Assembly: GCA_030065015.1 (NCBI GenBank)
Contig: JASJDU010000002.1
Location: 85,051-149,050 of the forward strand
Source: Candidatus Caenarcanales bacterium
GTDB taxonomy: Bacteria > Cyanobacteriota > Vampirovibrionia > Caenarcaniphilales > Caenarcanaceae
Direction of reading: 5' to 3'
Length of the DNA: 64,000 nt
The position numbers were made by a program, and so were the translations under genes. A model generated the notes under the pieces. It worked only from the letters and a program-made list of their open reading frames with translations. It made no database searches and was not told the origin of the DNA. Positions 46,545 to 59,699 of this stretch are shown in pieces; position 1 is the stretch's first letter; every line of letters begins with the position of its first letter.

Positions 46545-47504
46545 ATGAAATATAAAACAAAAGATAAAGCGGTTATTTTGTGTAACCTGGGTGGCCCAAG
46601 AAATTTAGATGAAGTGGAAACTTTCTTGCTTGATTTATTGGGAGATCCCAATGTTATTCAGTTGCCATGGTTTTTAAAATGGTTTCAGAAAGTACTTGCC
46701 AAAATAATTGTAAAAAAAAGATTACCTTTTTCTAAAAAGCTTTATCAAGATATTGGTGGTAAGTCACCGTTGGTCGAGATTACTCAGATACAAGCAGAAT
46801 TGCTTGAACAAAAAATTGGCCTTAAAACTTTCATTTTTATGAATTGTGGAAAACCCAATGCTGAGGATCTTAAATTGCGAATTAATGAGTTTAATCCAAA
46901 TTTGGATTCTGTGGCTGTAGTTCCGCTATTCCCTCAATATTCGACTACCACTAGTAAAACTAGTATTGAGAAGATTGAATGCTTTGTCAATGAATTTTTC
47001 CCTGATACAAAATTGAATATTGTTGAGAGTTTTGCTACTCATCCGTTGTTCATTCAGGCTTGGCAGCAAAGAATTAAGGCGAAAATCAAACATATTAATG
47101 AGCCTTTCCAACTTTTCTTTAGCGCTCACGGAATACCACAAAGTTACGTTGATAAAGGAGATCCTTACTCCTCTGAAGTTACAGCTTCAGTAGACGGTAT
47201 TATGAAGGCTTTTCCAGGCCAAAAGTATACAATCTGTTTTCAGAGCCGTTTTGGTAAGGGGCAGTGGCTAGAACCTTATACCGATAAATTGATTGAGGAA
47301 GCCTCTCCCGGTACTAAGATTGTGGTTGTGCCAATAAGCTTTGTTAGCGATCATGTGGAAACTATTCACGAGATTGGAATTGAATTTAAGGAGTTAGCTG
47401 AGGAGAGGAATGTAGATTTGTTAAGAGTCCCAGGCTTGAATAATTCCAATATCTTTATTGATTGTTTAGCTGCATTAGTTGAAGAAAAACTAAAAACGTT
47501 ATAG
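46545..47504 (+). CDS. hemH: Ferrochelatase (no CAB extension)
   Basis: NLGGP, PLFPQYS, FSAHGIP, FQSRFG, FVSDHVET. Confidence 0.95.
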   Translation: MKYKTKDKAVILCNLGGPRNLDEVETFLLDLLGDPNVIQLPWFLKWFQKVLAKIIVKKRLPFSKKLYQDIGGKSPLVEITQIQAELLEQKIGLKTFIFMNCGKPNAEDLKLRINEFNPNLDSVAVVPLFPQYSTTTSKTSIEKIECFVNEFFPDTKLNIVESFATHPLFIQAWQQRIKAKIKHINEPFQLFFSAHGIPQSYVDKGDPYSSEVTASVDGIMKAFPGQKYTICFQSRFGKGQWLEPYTDKLIEEASPGTKIVVVPISFVSDHVETIHEIGIEFKELAEERNVDLLRVPGLNNSNIFIDCLAALVEEKLKTL

Positions 47505-47573
47505 AGACGTACTAAAAAAGCTATAAAAGTTTAAAATTGTATTTCTCTCAATTACTCAATGAGCAAATAAAAA

Positions 47574-48062
47574 ATGTCCGATATTAAAGAGCAAATTGGT
47601 TTATCCCTTGGGCGCATTCCGAGTGGACTTTTTATAGTAACCTTTCATAATAATGAACTGAATGAGCCTGACGGCATGTTAATGTCATGGATTCAACAAT
47701 GTTCTTTTGATCCTCCAATGATTAGCGTTGCTATAAAGAAAGACCGAAAAGGGTTAGAGTTAATCAAAGAGTCTAAATACTTTGTTGTTAACGTAATGGG
47801 TAAAGAAAACGCAAAGATGATTGGCTCATTTTATAAAGGCGTAGGAAAAGCTAAGTTTGAAGGAATAGATACTTCTGAAACAGAAAATAAGATTCAATAT
47901 TTGAGTGAAGCGGTGTCTTATCTCGAGTGTGAATTTCAATCATCTGCCGATACAACCGGTGACCATGTGCAAATTTTTGGAAAAGTTCTCGGTGGTAATT
48001 TATTGAATTCAGCACAAAATGAGCCATCAATCCATTTGAGGAAAAATGGTTATGACTATTGA
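47574..48062 (+). CDS. Flavin reductase-like protein
   Basis: LGRIPSGLFIVT, SWIQQCSFDPP, GDH, H.RKNG..Y. Confidence 0.88.
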   Translation: MSDIKEQIGLSLGRIPSGLFIVTFHNNELNEPDGMLMSWIQQCSFDPPMISVAIKKDRKGLELIKESKYFVVNVMGKENAKMIGSFYKGVGKAKFEGIDTSETENKIQYLSEAVSYLECEFQSSADTTGDHVQIFGKVLGGNLLNSAQNEPSIHLRKNGYDY

Positions 48063-48139
48063 TTTTTGAGTTTGTTTTTCGTGAAACACAGTGAAACGTT
48101 TGAATAGATAATTGACTATAGGCTTAAATTGATTTAACA

Positions 48140-49126
48140 ATGGGAGAGTCTAAAAAAATCTCTATCTTGGGTGCTGGTAGTTGGGGGACAGTTCTCTCTC
48201 ATCTGCTTGCTCTAAGTGGTCATTCAATTAATTTGTGGTCTCGATCGGATGATTTCGTTCAACATACAAAAAGAATTGGAAGATTTACTAAACCTGTGGA
48301 GTTGAATTTACCAGAAGCTGTTAATTTAACTAGCTCACTTCAAGAGTCTTTAATAGATATTGATTTGTTGATTTGTGCTGTTCCATCGGAAGCCGTAAAA
48401 ACTTTGTCTCAAAGTATAAAGGTTATAGAATCCAAAATCCCTCTTTTCCTTTCAGTAACTAAAGGGTTGTCAGTAGGTTCTGTTAAAAGGATGTCTGAGA
48501 TTTGGAGTGAGACTATTGATTGTGATATTGCCGCTCTTTCTGGGCCAAATCTTTCGGCAGAAGCTGCACTAGCCAAGCCAATGAAAACTGTTATTGCTTC
48601 GAAAAATATGGAATCCGCTCAGACCATCGCTGATTGTTTTCATGTTCCGAATTTTAAAACTGAAATAACCGACGATATAGTTGGGGTTGAGATTGCAGGA
48701 GCTGCAAAAAATGTTATTGCCTTAATCGCGGGTGCTTGGGATGGTCTAAGCCTTGGGACAAGCGGAAAAGGAGCAATGTTGACTAGAGCGGTTTCGGAAT
48801 TGTCTCATTTGGTTGACTTGATGGGTGGTAAAAGGGAAACTGTCTTTTCAGTTGCAGGGCTAGGGGATTTGTATATTACCTGCAGTAGCCCCTTGAGTAG
48901 AAACTATAGAGCTGGATATAGTCTAGCTAAGGGGAAAACTCTTGATGAAGTCCATTCTGAGCTTGGTGGGCAAGTCTCAGAGGGAGTTTACACTGCACCA
49001 TTGATTAAACAATTGAGCAATAAGTATGAAGCTGATCTCCGGGTCTGTGATGCTGCAAATAAATTAATTGCACACGACAAGCTTAGTTTGTACCAAATTG
49101 AAGAAATGCTAGTTGACCTGGTATGA
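48140..49126 (+). CDS. gpsA: NAD(P)H-dependent glycerol-3-phosphate dehydrogenase
   Basis: GAGSWGT, LSGPN, KNVIA, GLGDL..TC...SRN. Confidence 0.95.
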   Translation: MGESKKISILGAGSWGTVLSHLLALSGHSINLWSRSDDFVQHTKRIGRFTKPVELNLPEAVNLTSSLQESLIDIDLLICAVPSEAVKTLSQSIKVIESKIPLFLSVTKGLSVGSVKRMSEIWSETIDCDIAALSGPNLSAEAALAKPMKTVIASKNMESAQTIADCFHVPNFKTEITDDIVGVEIAGAAKNVIALIAGAWDGLSLGTSGKGAMLTRAVSELSHLVDLMGGKRETVFSVAGLGDLYITCSSPLSRNYRAGYSLAKGKTLDEVHSELGGQVSEGVYTAPLIKQLSNKYEADLRVCDAANKLIAHDKLSLYQIEEMLVDLV

Positions 49127-49229
49127 ACCACAAGCCCTCTGATGAGTTTAAGGAAAAGGATGGGGTGTAAAAGTTATTTTCAATATATAACTACTGATAG
49201 AATATTCGCTACAAAAACATTAGATTGCC

Positions 49230-51164
49230 ATGTCCGAAATATCAGTTCGACTTCCCGATAATTCTATTAAAAAGTTAAATGAAGGTTCCACTGGGCAAGA
49301 TTTAGCAAAGTCTATTGGGGAAAGATTATTCAAAGATTCAGTTGGGTTGAATGTTAATGATGAGTACGTAGACTTAAAGACTGAATTGAAAGATGGCGAC
49401 AAAGTAAAAATAATAACTAAAAAAGATTCTGACAGCTTAGAGTTCTTGCGACACAGCACTGCCCATATTCTTGCAGCTGCCGTTCAAAATTTGTATCCAC
49501 AGGCGAAGATTGCAATTGGCCCGACCATTCAAGATGGGTTTTATTATGATTTCTACATCCCTGGGATTAACCTGTCCGCTGATGATTTAACCAAGATTGA
49601 ATTGGAAATGCAGAAATTGATTGATTCTTCTGTCGATTTTGTAAGGCTTAAAGTAGAAACGCCCGATATTCAGATAAATGATTTTTTAAAACAAGGAGAG
49701 AAATTTAAAGCTGAACTTCTTGAAAAATATAAAAATGAGAGTCCAACACAGTATGGACTTTTTGATGGTGAGAATACGATGATTTGGAGCGATCTTTGTA
49801 GGGGGCCGCACATTCCTAATAGTAAATTTATTAAGGCATTTAAATTACTTTCCGTGTCTAGTGCATACTGGCAAGCGGATGAAACAAAAGAGTCTCTTCA
49901 GCGAGTTTATGGGACTGCGTGGTGGAGTAAGAAAGATTTAGATGAATACCTTCATAAAATTGAAGAAGCAGAAAAGCGAGATCACAGAAAATTATCTCGT
50001 CAGCACGAGCTCTTTTCAACTCACGAGGATGCAGGTCCCGGACTTATTTTTTGGCATCCAAAACTTTCTTTTTTACGTGCTCGAATTGAAGAATTCTGGA
50101 AGGATCTTCATGAATTCAATGGCTATGAATTGATTTATACTCCGCATATTGCTCGACGTGAACTTTGGGATACTTCTGGACATACTGAGTTCTATGAAGA
50201 AAATATGTTTCAGATGAAGCCCATTGATGAGCAGGAATATATTCTGAAGCCGATGAATTGTCCTTTTCATGTCTTGATTTTCAATTCGCGTCGTCATAGT
50301 TATCGAGAATTACCCATTCGGTATGCCGAAATGGGTACTGTTTATCGCTTTGAGAGATCCGGTGCTTTGCATGGTCTCGCTCGAGTGAGAGGCTTTACTC
50401 AAGATGATGCACATGTCTTTTGTGCCCCAGTTCAACTAGTTGATGAAGTTTGTTCGATAATCGACTTGATCGATCAAACTTATTCTAAGTTTGACTTGGA
50501 GTACTCTGCTGAACTTTCCACCCGGCCGAGTGAGCGTATTGGAGATGATTCTATCTGGGATATGGCAGAAGATTCTCTTAAAAAGGCTCTGGATGAAAAG
50601 CAACTTAACTACGAATTGAATGAAGGTGATGGTGCTTTTTACGGACCTAAAATCGATTTTAAACTTAAAGATGCTTTGGGTCGTTCTTGGCAAGGGGCAA
50701 CAATTCAAGTTGATTTCAACTTGCCAAACCGTTTCGATCTTAAATATACAACTCATGAAGGGACAACCGAAAAGCCGGTTATGCTTCATAGAGCAATTTT
50801 CGGTAGTTTAGAGCGTTTTACAGCTTTATTAATAGAGCATTATTCAGGGGCTTTTCCTTTTTGGTTATGTCAAACACAAGTTGCTATGTTGCCGATTGCC
50901 GATCGTCATAATGAATATTGCCATAAAATTTCTCAAACGCTCAGAGAGTTCAAGATTAGAGCTAAGGTCGATGAACGTGCTGAAAAAGTAAATGCAAAAA
51001 TCAGAGACGCTCAATTGGAACAAGTGCCCTATATGATTATTATTGGTGACAAAGAGTTAGAAACCGAACAAGTTTCGGTTCGAGAGAGGAGAAAAGGAGA
51101 CTTGGGTACTATGTCTATTTCTGATTTACTTAAGAAGATAGAGACTGAGAAATTCTCAAGATGA
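49230..51164 (+). CDS. thrS: Threonine--tRNA ligase
   Basis: HSTAH, DLCRGPH, KPMNCP, RGFTQDDAH, FYGPKID, HRAIFGS.ERF. Confidence 0.98.
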   Translation: MSEISVRLPDNSIKKLNEGSTGQDLAKSIGERLFKDSVGLNVNDEYVDLKTELKDGDKVKIITKKDSDSLEFLRHSTAHILAAAVQNLYPQAKIAIGPTIQDGFYYDFYIPGINLSADDLTKIELEMQKLIDSSVDFVRLKVETPDIQINDFLKQGEKFKAELLEKYKNESPTQYGLFDGENTMIWSDLCRGPHIPNSKFIKAFKLLSVSSAYWQADETKESLQRVYGTAWWSKKDLDEYLHKIEEAEKRDHRKLSRQHELFSTHEDAGPGLIFWHPKLSFLRARIEEFWKDLHEFNGYELIYTPHIARRELWDTSGHTEFYEENMFQMKPIDEQEYILKPMNCPFHVLIFNSRRHSYRELPIRYAEMGTVYRFERSGALHGLARVRGFTQDDAHVFCAPVQLVDEVCSIIDLIDQTYSKFDLEYSAELSTRPSERIGDDSIWDMAEDSLKKALDEKQLNYELNEGDGAFYGPKIDFKLKDALGRSWQGATIQVDFNLPNRFDLKYTTHEGTTEKPVMLHRAIFGSLERFTALLIEHYSGAFPFWLCQTQVAMLPIADRHNEYCHKISQTLREFKIRAKVDERAEKVNAKIRDAQLEQVPYMIIIGDKELETEQVSVRERRKGDLGTMSISDLLKKIETEKFSR

Positions 51165-51401
51165 ATATTTGTTTAGGTATTTTACTTTCACTAAACTAAG
51201 TCTCGTTGAATTTGAAATTGAGTTTGACTCATCGAGTTTGACTCAAGGTCTTTCCTTCTTTTGAAAATGGCTTATAGCCTTAGTTTTAAATTAACCTCAG
51301 ACAAATAATCCCGAGATTACCCGCTTTATATTTTTGTGAAGAGAATGTTAGGGAATTTAACATTTGGGACTGAAATTTTATGAATAATGGAGTGATTTTT
51401 C

Positions 51402-51668
51402 ATGAACATTGAGCAAAAGAAAAAGCAGGAAACCTCTTCAGACTCATGGAATCTTTTCAAAAATCCTTTCTCGTATTTATTCAATGCTTTGACAAAGAAA
51501 ACTGATTCCGCGGAAAAAGATAATTCTTTGGAAAAATATGATGGTGAAAACAATCTCGGAAAAGATAAAAAAGAACCAAAGTTATTTGTGCAACAAAGAA
51601 CTAATCAACCAGTGAACCCACCGGTAATGGATCTCTTGGTTCAGAAGGAGCAAAATTTGGATCTCTAA
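51402..51668 (+). CDS. Hypothetical small hydrophilic protein
   Basis: GGAG RBS; 88-aa ORF. Confidence 0.55.
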   Translation: MNIEQKKKQETSSDSWNLFKNPFSYLFNALTKKTDSAEKDNSLEKYDGENNLGKDKKEPKLFVQQRTNQPVNPPVMDLLVQKEQNLDL

Positions 51669-51749
51669 TTAAACTCCAAAGCTAGGATCTTATAAATTTA
51701 ATTAGTAAACTAATCTCAGTATTACAGTATATGTTGGAGCTTTATTCTT

Positions 51750-52505
51750 TTGATTGAATTTGTTAAAACCAAAGATGGTTCTCCAACAATATATGACCCT
51801 GAAACAGGAGAACATCATCATAGTTTAATTGGTTCCTACACGGAGGCACGTTATAAATTTGCAGAGGTTGCAAGGTCAATAATTCAAAAGAAAAGCCGAA
51901 TAAATCTTTTAGATTTACCATTTGGATTGGGTTATAACTTAATAGCGACTTTGGATGTGCTGAGAGAAGTAGAAAACACTTCTAAAAAAGATAATGGGAA
52001 TTCAGTAAAGCAGAAGTTCTTAGAATGTGTAGCGGTTGAAAAAGATAGAAAAGTAATAGAAGCGATTGGCTATTATCCTTGGCAAGAGCCTTTAAAAGGT
52101 AAATTTGTACAACTCAAAAATGTTTTGAATGAAGGAAATCAAATCGAAGCTAAAGATTTTTCTCTGAACTTGATCATTGACGATTTGCTTTTAGTTTTGC
52201 CTAAAATTCATCAGAGTTTTGATCTTATTTTTTACGATCCTTTTAGTCCTAAAACATCTCCTGATCTATGGTCTAGGGAGAAAGTCCTGAAATTTTTCTA
52301 TGAGCTTTTGGCTCCTGGTGGTTTGTTAATAACATATACCGCCTCTAATAAAGTGAGGAAAGGACTTCAGGAAGTTGGCTTTTATATTGCTCCGAGTGTT
52401 GCTGTTGGTCGCAAAATGCCTGGAACAATAGCTTCTAAGGAGCCTTTGGAGGCTAGTTTCTCAGAAGAAACTTTTGAAAAAATACAAAAAGCTTCTAGCT
52501 ATTAG
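51750..52505 (+). CDS. Stand-alone MnmC-type (MnmD-like) tRNA methyltransferase
   Basis: TKDGS.T, E.HHS..G...EA..KF, FGLGYN, DPFSP..SPDLW, TY. Confidence 0.82.
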   Translation: MIEFVKTKDGSPTIYDPETGEHHHSLIGSYTEARYKFAEVARSIIQKKSRINLLDLPFGLGYNLIATLDVLREVENTSKKDNGNSVKQKFLECVAVEKDRKVIEAIGYYPWQEPLKGKFVQLKNVLNEGNQIEAKDFSLNLIIDDLLLVLPKIHQSFDLIFYDPFSPKTSPDLWSREKVLKFFYELLAPGGLLITYTASNKVRKGLQEVGFYIAPSVAVGRKMPGTIASKEPLEASFSEETFEKIQKASSY

Positions 52506-52551
52506 TTAAATCGTGGTAAGTTGGATCTTATGTAAATAGAAGTCGATCGGT

Positions 52552-54393
52552 TTGACAGAAGAGTATTACTTAATTGGCTTGAGCTGTGTTTTTGTTATTG
52601 GTATAGCAGCTCAATGGATAGCTTGGAGGTTGAGAACACCTTCAATTTTGTTGCTTTTATTTTTTGGTTTTGTTGCTGGACCTCTAACCGGTTTCATTGA
52701 GCCGGATAAACTTCTTGGTGATCAGTTGTTGCCTATAGTGTCGATCTCAGTTGCAATAATACTCTTTGAAGGTGGATTGAGTCTGAGACTTGCAGAATTA
52801 AGGCAAGTCGGCAGAGTGATTTTTTCATTAATTAGTATTGGGCTTTTGATTACTTGGGTTGTGAGCAGTTTTGCTGCCTATTATTTCTTAAAAGTTGATC
52901 CTCCCATTGCAACTCTGTTGGGTGCTGTTTTGTCGGTTTCGGGACCAACCGTTATAATGCCTCTTCTACGTCATATACGTCCAGTTGGTAGAGTCGGTTC
53001 AATTCTCAAATGGGAAGGCATAATGGTAGATCCCATTGGTGCAATTCTTGCTGTATTGGTATTTGAAATTATTATTGGTGGTGGATTTTACCAATCGACT
53101 TTTTTATCGATATTTGAAATTATTATTAAAACGGCTGCTACCGGAAGTCTCTTGGGATTTTTAGCGGCAGGTGTTTTTGTTCTTCTTCTCAAACGTTTCT
53201 GGATTCCAGACTTTCTTCAAAATCCAGTCTCTTTAATGATAGTTATTGGAGCTTTTACGTTCTCTAATATTATTCAACCAGAATCGGGTCTTTTTACCGT
53301 TACTGTTATGGGTATAGTTTTGGCTAATCAAAGAATAGTCTCGATTAAACAAATTACCGATTTTAAAGAGACTCTTAGTGTAATTCTCATCTCCATATTA
53401 TTCATGTTGCTTGCGTCTCGCCTCAAATTGAGCAATTTTGTCAACTTGGATATTACAAATAGCTTTCTTTTCCTTTCCATATTGATTTTTGTTATTAGGC
53501 CGATAACAGTTTTACTTTCAACTCTAAACACAACTTTGACCTGGAAAGAGAAATTATTTATTTCATCTTTGTATCCTCGAGGGATAGTTGCGGCTGCAGT
53601 TTCTTCTCTTTTTGCACTTAGGTTAACTGAGGTTGGCTATGTAGGTGCTGATTTAATGGTTTCTTATACTTTCTTGATTATTGTTGGAACCGTTGTTGTT
53701 TATGGTTTGCTTGCACCTTTTTTAGCTAGAAGTTTTGGCTTGGCTAAAGCTAACCCTCAAGGTGTCATGATAATTGGTGCTCATGGGGTGTCTCGCATGA
53801 TTGCTAAATCAATTAAAAATGAAGGCTTTAAAGTTTTGCTCGTTGATACTAATCGAGAAAATATAACTGAAGCTAAAATGGAGGAGTTGCCCGCTTTTTA
53901 CGCCAATATTCTTTCAGAGCACTTGTTGGACCAAGTTGATGTTTCTGATATAGGAAGAGTTTTAGCTCTAACTTCTAACGATGAAATGAACTCCCTATCT
54001 TGCATTAATCTGTCAGAGACTTTTGGTCGTTCTCAAACCTTTCAATTATCTCCTCAAGATAAGGGCAGTAATTTAAAAGAAACTGTTCCTCAGCATTTGA
54101 GAGGAAGACCTTTGTTCAATCGTCGTGTTAATTATAATTTTCTTCAAGAGCATTTTGAGAAGGGAGCAACTATTAAAAAAACCACTTTAAGCAAAGAGTT
54201 TACCTATAATGATTTTCAAACTTTGAATGGAGAGTCTGCAATCCCCTTATTTTTAATAACAAAACCTGGAGAATTGCAAGTCTTTAATGGAGATGACCCA
54301 CTGTATCCTAAGGCTGGACAAACAGTAATTAGTTTGGTTCTCCAGGTTCCAACGAATCCAGCAATCTCTGAAATGAAAATAAGTAGTTTCTAG
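52552..54393 (+). CDS. Cation:proton antiporter (NhaP/CPA1) with a C-terminal TrkA-N-like domain
   Basis: ILFEGG, GPTVI.PLLR, WEGI..DP, PRGIVAAAV. Confidence 0.9.
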   Translation: MTEEYYLIGLSCVFVIGIAAQWIAWRLRTPSILLLLFFGFVAGPLTGFIEPDKLLGDQLLPIVSISVAIILFEGGLSLRLAELRQVGRVIFSLISIGLLITWVVSSFAAYYFLKVDPPIATLLGAVLSVSGPTVIMPLLRHIRPVGRVGSILKWEGIMVDPIGAILAVLVFEIIIGGGFYQSTFLSIFEIIIKTAATGSLLGFLAAGVFVLLLKRFWIPDFLQNPVSLMIVIGAFTFSNIIQPESGLFTVTVMGIVLANQRIVSIKQITDFKETLSVILISILFMLLASRLKLSNFVNLDITNSFLFLSILIFVIRPITVLLSTLNTTLTWKEKLFISSLYPRGIVAAAVSSLFALRLTEVGYVGADLMVSYTFLIIVGTVVVYGLLAPFLARSFGLAKANPQGVMIIGAHGVSRMIAKSIKNEGFKVLLVDTNRENITEAKMEELPAFYANILSEHLLDQVDVSDIGRVLALTSNDEMNSLSCINLSETFGRSQTFQLSPQDKGSNLKETVPQHLRGRPLFNRRVNYNFLQEHFEKGATIKKTTLSKEFTYNDFQTLNGESAIPLFLITKPGELQVFNGDDPLYPKAGQTVISLVLQVPTNPAISEMKISSF

Positions 54394-54614
54394 GATTTTT
54401 ATTGAAAAAAGAGTTTAATAAGCAAAACTCATTCACGTGTTTATTTAGCTTTGAATCCGTTTTTAATTTTTTGATATCTGTATAAACCATTCTAATGTTG
54501 GTATTTCCCATAGATATTCGAGAAAATGGCGAATTTCAGTGAGGTAAATTAGTAGGTTTCACATATAATTTATACATGCTAATACTTAGATATATATAAA
54601 ATAAAGGTATTGTT

Positions 54615-55988
54615 ATGGATTATCCTGCCTGGATTGTTGGTGGAGTTGGGCCCGGATGGGTTATTGGATTAATTGCTACTTTTCACGTTTTAATTTCTCA
54701 TTTTGCAGTTGGTGGGGGTATATTTCTCCCGGTTACAGAGGCATGGGCAAGAAAAAATAATAGAGATGATGTAATCGATTTTCTAAAGAAATTTTCGAAG
54801 TTCTTTCTAATTCTTACCAATGTTTTTGGTGCAATTTCAGGAGTTGGTATTTGGTGGGCAATTGGTCTAATTAGTCCTCAAGCAACCGCATCTTTAATCC
54901 GCTTATTTACCTTTGTTTGGGCCGCGGAATGGGCAGTATTTCTTGTCGAGATAATTTCTTTGATTTTCTATTACTACGGATGGGAAAGAATGAAACCCGC
55001 TACGCATCAAGCTGTTGGGTGGATATATGCAGTAACTGCTTGGCTTAGCCTTTTTACTATAAACGGAATTTTGACCTTCATGCTTACTCCTGGTGGATGG
55101 GCTGAAAGCGGGAGTTTCTTTCAAGGATACTTCAATCCAGGTTTTTGGCCTTCTTTAATAGTAAGAACTTTGGTCTGTATTGCTTGTGCTGGAATATATG
55201 CAACATTCGTAATTAGTAAAATGGATGAAAAAAGTAAGTTTCGAAAAGAATTACTTGCTTATACTAGCTCTTGGTTAGTACCAGTTTATGTACTATTAGG
55301 CTTGTCCTTACTGTGGTACTTTAGCGTTCTGCCTGGTCCTATAATGGAAAGCCTACTTTCTGGTATCTCAGGTGGAGTAGGAGCTGCAGCCCAAGGAAAT
55401 ATGATGGTTGTGAGTAGAATTGCTTTACTATGTTTAGTTGCAACTGTAACAACGGGTTTAGCCTTTTTTGTAAGCGCTTATTTAAATCCTAGAGAATTCA
55501 CAATTAGGAAATCTGCAATTCTTTTGGCAAGTATTGCTATTTTTGTTACTTCTTTCGAGTACACAAGAGAAATGCTCAGAAAACCTTATGTGATAAGAGA
55601 TTTTATGTTTTCAAATGGAGTTCCTTTGAAGGCAACGATGGAGCAGCCTTTAGAAAGAAGTTTTACTAAAGAGATGAGATTTAAACCGAAGGATTCTTCC
55701 CTAGGAGAACAAATGTTTGTTGGTCAATGTATGAGTTGTCATACTATGGATGGCTATAGATCTTTAAGCAAACGTTTATCAGGTAGAGATTCTGAGTCAA
55801 TCTATCAATTACTTTTGGTAATGCAGAAATCACCTGAGGAAAACCCTTATCACAAAGTAATGCCGCCGCTTATTGGAACAGAAGAAGAGCTAAGAGCTTT
55901 GTCTGATTATCTTTACGAATCAATAAAATCGATAGAAAAAGAAAAGGGATATACTGGGTCTAACGCTGCTCACGCTGCTTCGCACTAA
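54615..55988 (+). CDS. Cytochrome bd subunit I (CydA)-like protein fused to a cytochrome c domain
   Basis: FHVLISHFAVG, GAISGVGIW, EW..F..E, FMLTPG, REMLRKPY; C-terminal CMSCH and MPP. Confidence 0.85.
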   Translation: MDYPAWIVGGVGPGWVIGLIATFHVLISHFAVGGGIFLPVTEAWARKNNRDDVIDFLKKFSKFFLILTNVFGAISGVGIWWAIGLISPQATASLIRLFTFVWAAEWAVFLVEIISLIFYYYGWERMKPATHQAVGWIYAVTAWLSLFTINGILTFMLTPGGWAESGSFFQGYFNPGFWPSLIVRTLVCIACAGIYATFVISKMDEKSKFRKELLAYTSSWLVPVYVLLGLSLLWYFSVLPGPIMESLLSGISGGVGAAAQGNMMVVSRIALLCLVATVTTGLAFFVSAYLNPREFTIRKSAILLASIAIFVTSFEYTREMLRKPYVIRDFMFSNGVPLKATMEQPLERSFTKEMRFKPKDSSLGEQMFVGQCMSCHTMDGYRSLSKRLSGRDSESIYQLLLVMQKSPEENPYHKVMPPLIGTEEELRALSDYLYESIKSIEKEKGYTGSNAAHAASH

Positions 55989-56148
55989 GACTATTTAATT
56001 GTTTTATTTGAATTTTTTGATTTACTTCTGTAGTTTCATCATCTTCATCGTTTACTAAGTCGGATTTCCTTACAAGAACGTCCAATAAAGATATTATGGA
56101 GTCTAGCTTTGCATTCATAAGCTTTATTGAGTCAAATATTTCATTCAT
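55960..56148 (-). CDS. Possible small hypothetical protein
   Basis: 62-aa ORF, coiled-coil-like, 3' overlap with the cydA-like gene. Confidence 0.35.
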   Translation of the reverse strand: MNEIFDSIKLMNAKLDSIISLLDVLVRKSDLVNDEDDETTEVNQKIQIKQLNSLSAKQREQR

Positions 56149-56355
56149 GACGATGATGTTAAAAACAGTTATTTGTACCTAATTAATAGACTAAAGTTTT
56201 TACTACAGTTTTTTTGTTTTTCTTGCTTTTGTAATACTTTTATAATGTTTTCAGGAGTTGATTTCTCTGTGACTTTTATAGAATGTCGAGACTCAGAATA
56301 TTTAATGCCCTTTTATTTTAATTTTGATAGTTTTGAAAATTTTTAAAAATATCTG

Positions 56356-56384
56356 TTGACTTTTATTGTGATTTTCAATATCAT
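56356..56384 (+). promoter_or_regulatory. Sigma-70 promoter of the 23S rRNA gene
   Basis: TTGACT-17 bp-TATCAT with an AT-rich upstream element. Confidence 0.7.
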
Positions 56385-56454
56385 CTTCAGAGCTGAAATA
56401 ACAAACTCAATATAAATGGTGTTTTAACTATTAGTTGTTTTGTTTTCAGATCTG

Positions 56455-59572
<3,118 letters not shown>

Positions 59573-59699
59573 TTTTCATATTCGCTAATCAAATATTAAT
59601 TATTTGTTACTACTTAATCATCATTCATCTAAAATAAATTATCTTTAACTAGCGTTAAGCTTTAAACCATAATATTAATTTTTACTTAATTATGGTTTT

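Noticed and set aside
51220-51245. GAGTTTGACTCA duplicated after thrS
   Set aside because: A short two-copy repeat, plausibly a terminator-like hairpin or chance; no further support.
4936-55124. Many short antisense or overlapping ORFs in the track (e.g. 4936, 9264, 19649, 22267, 29445, 44433, 50436)
   Set aside because: Shadow frames of well-supported genes.
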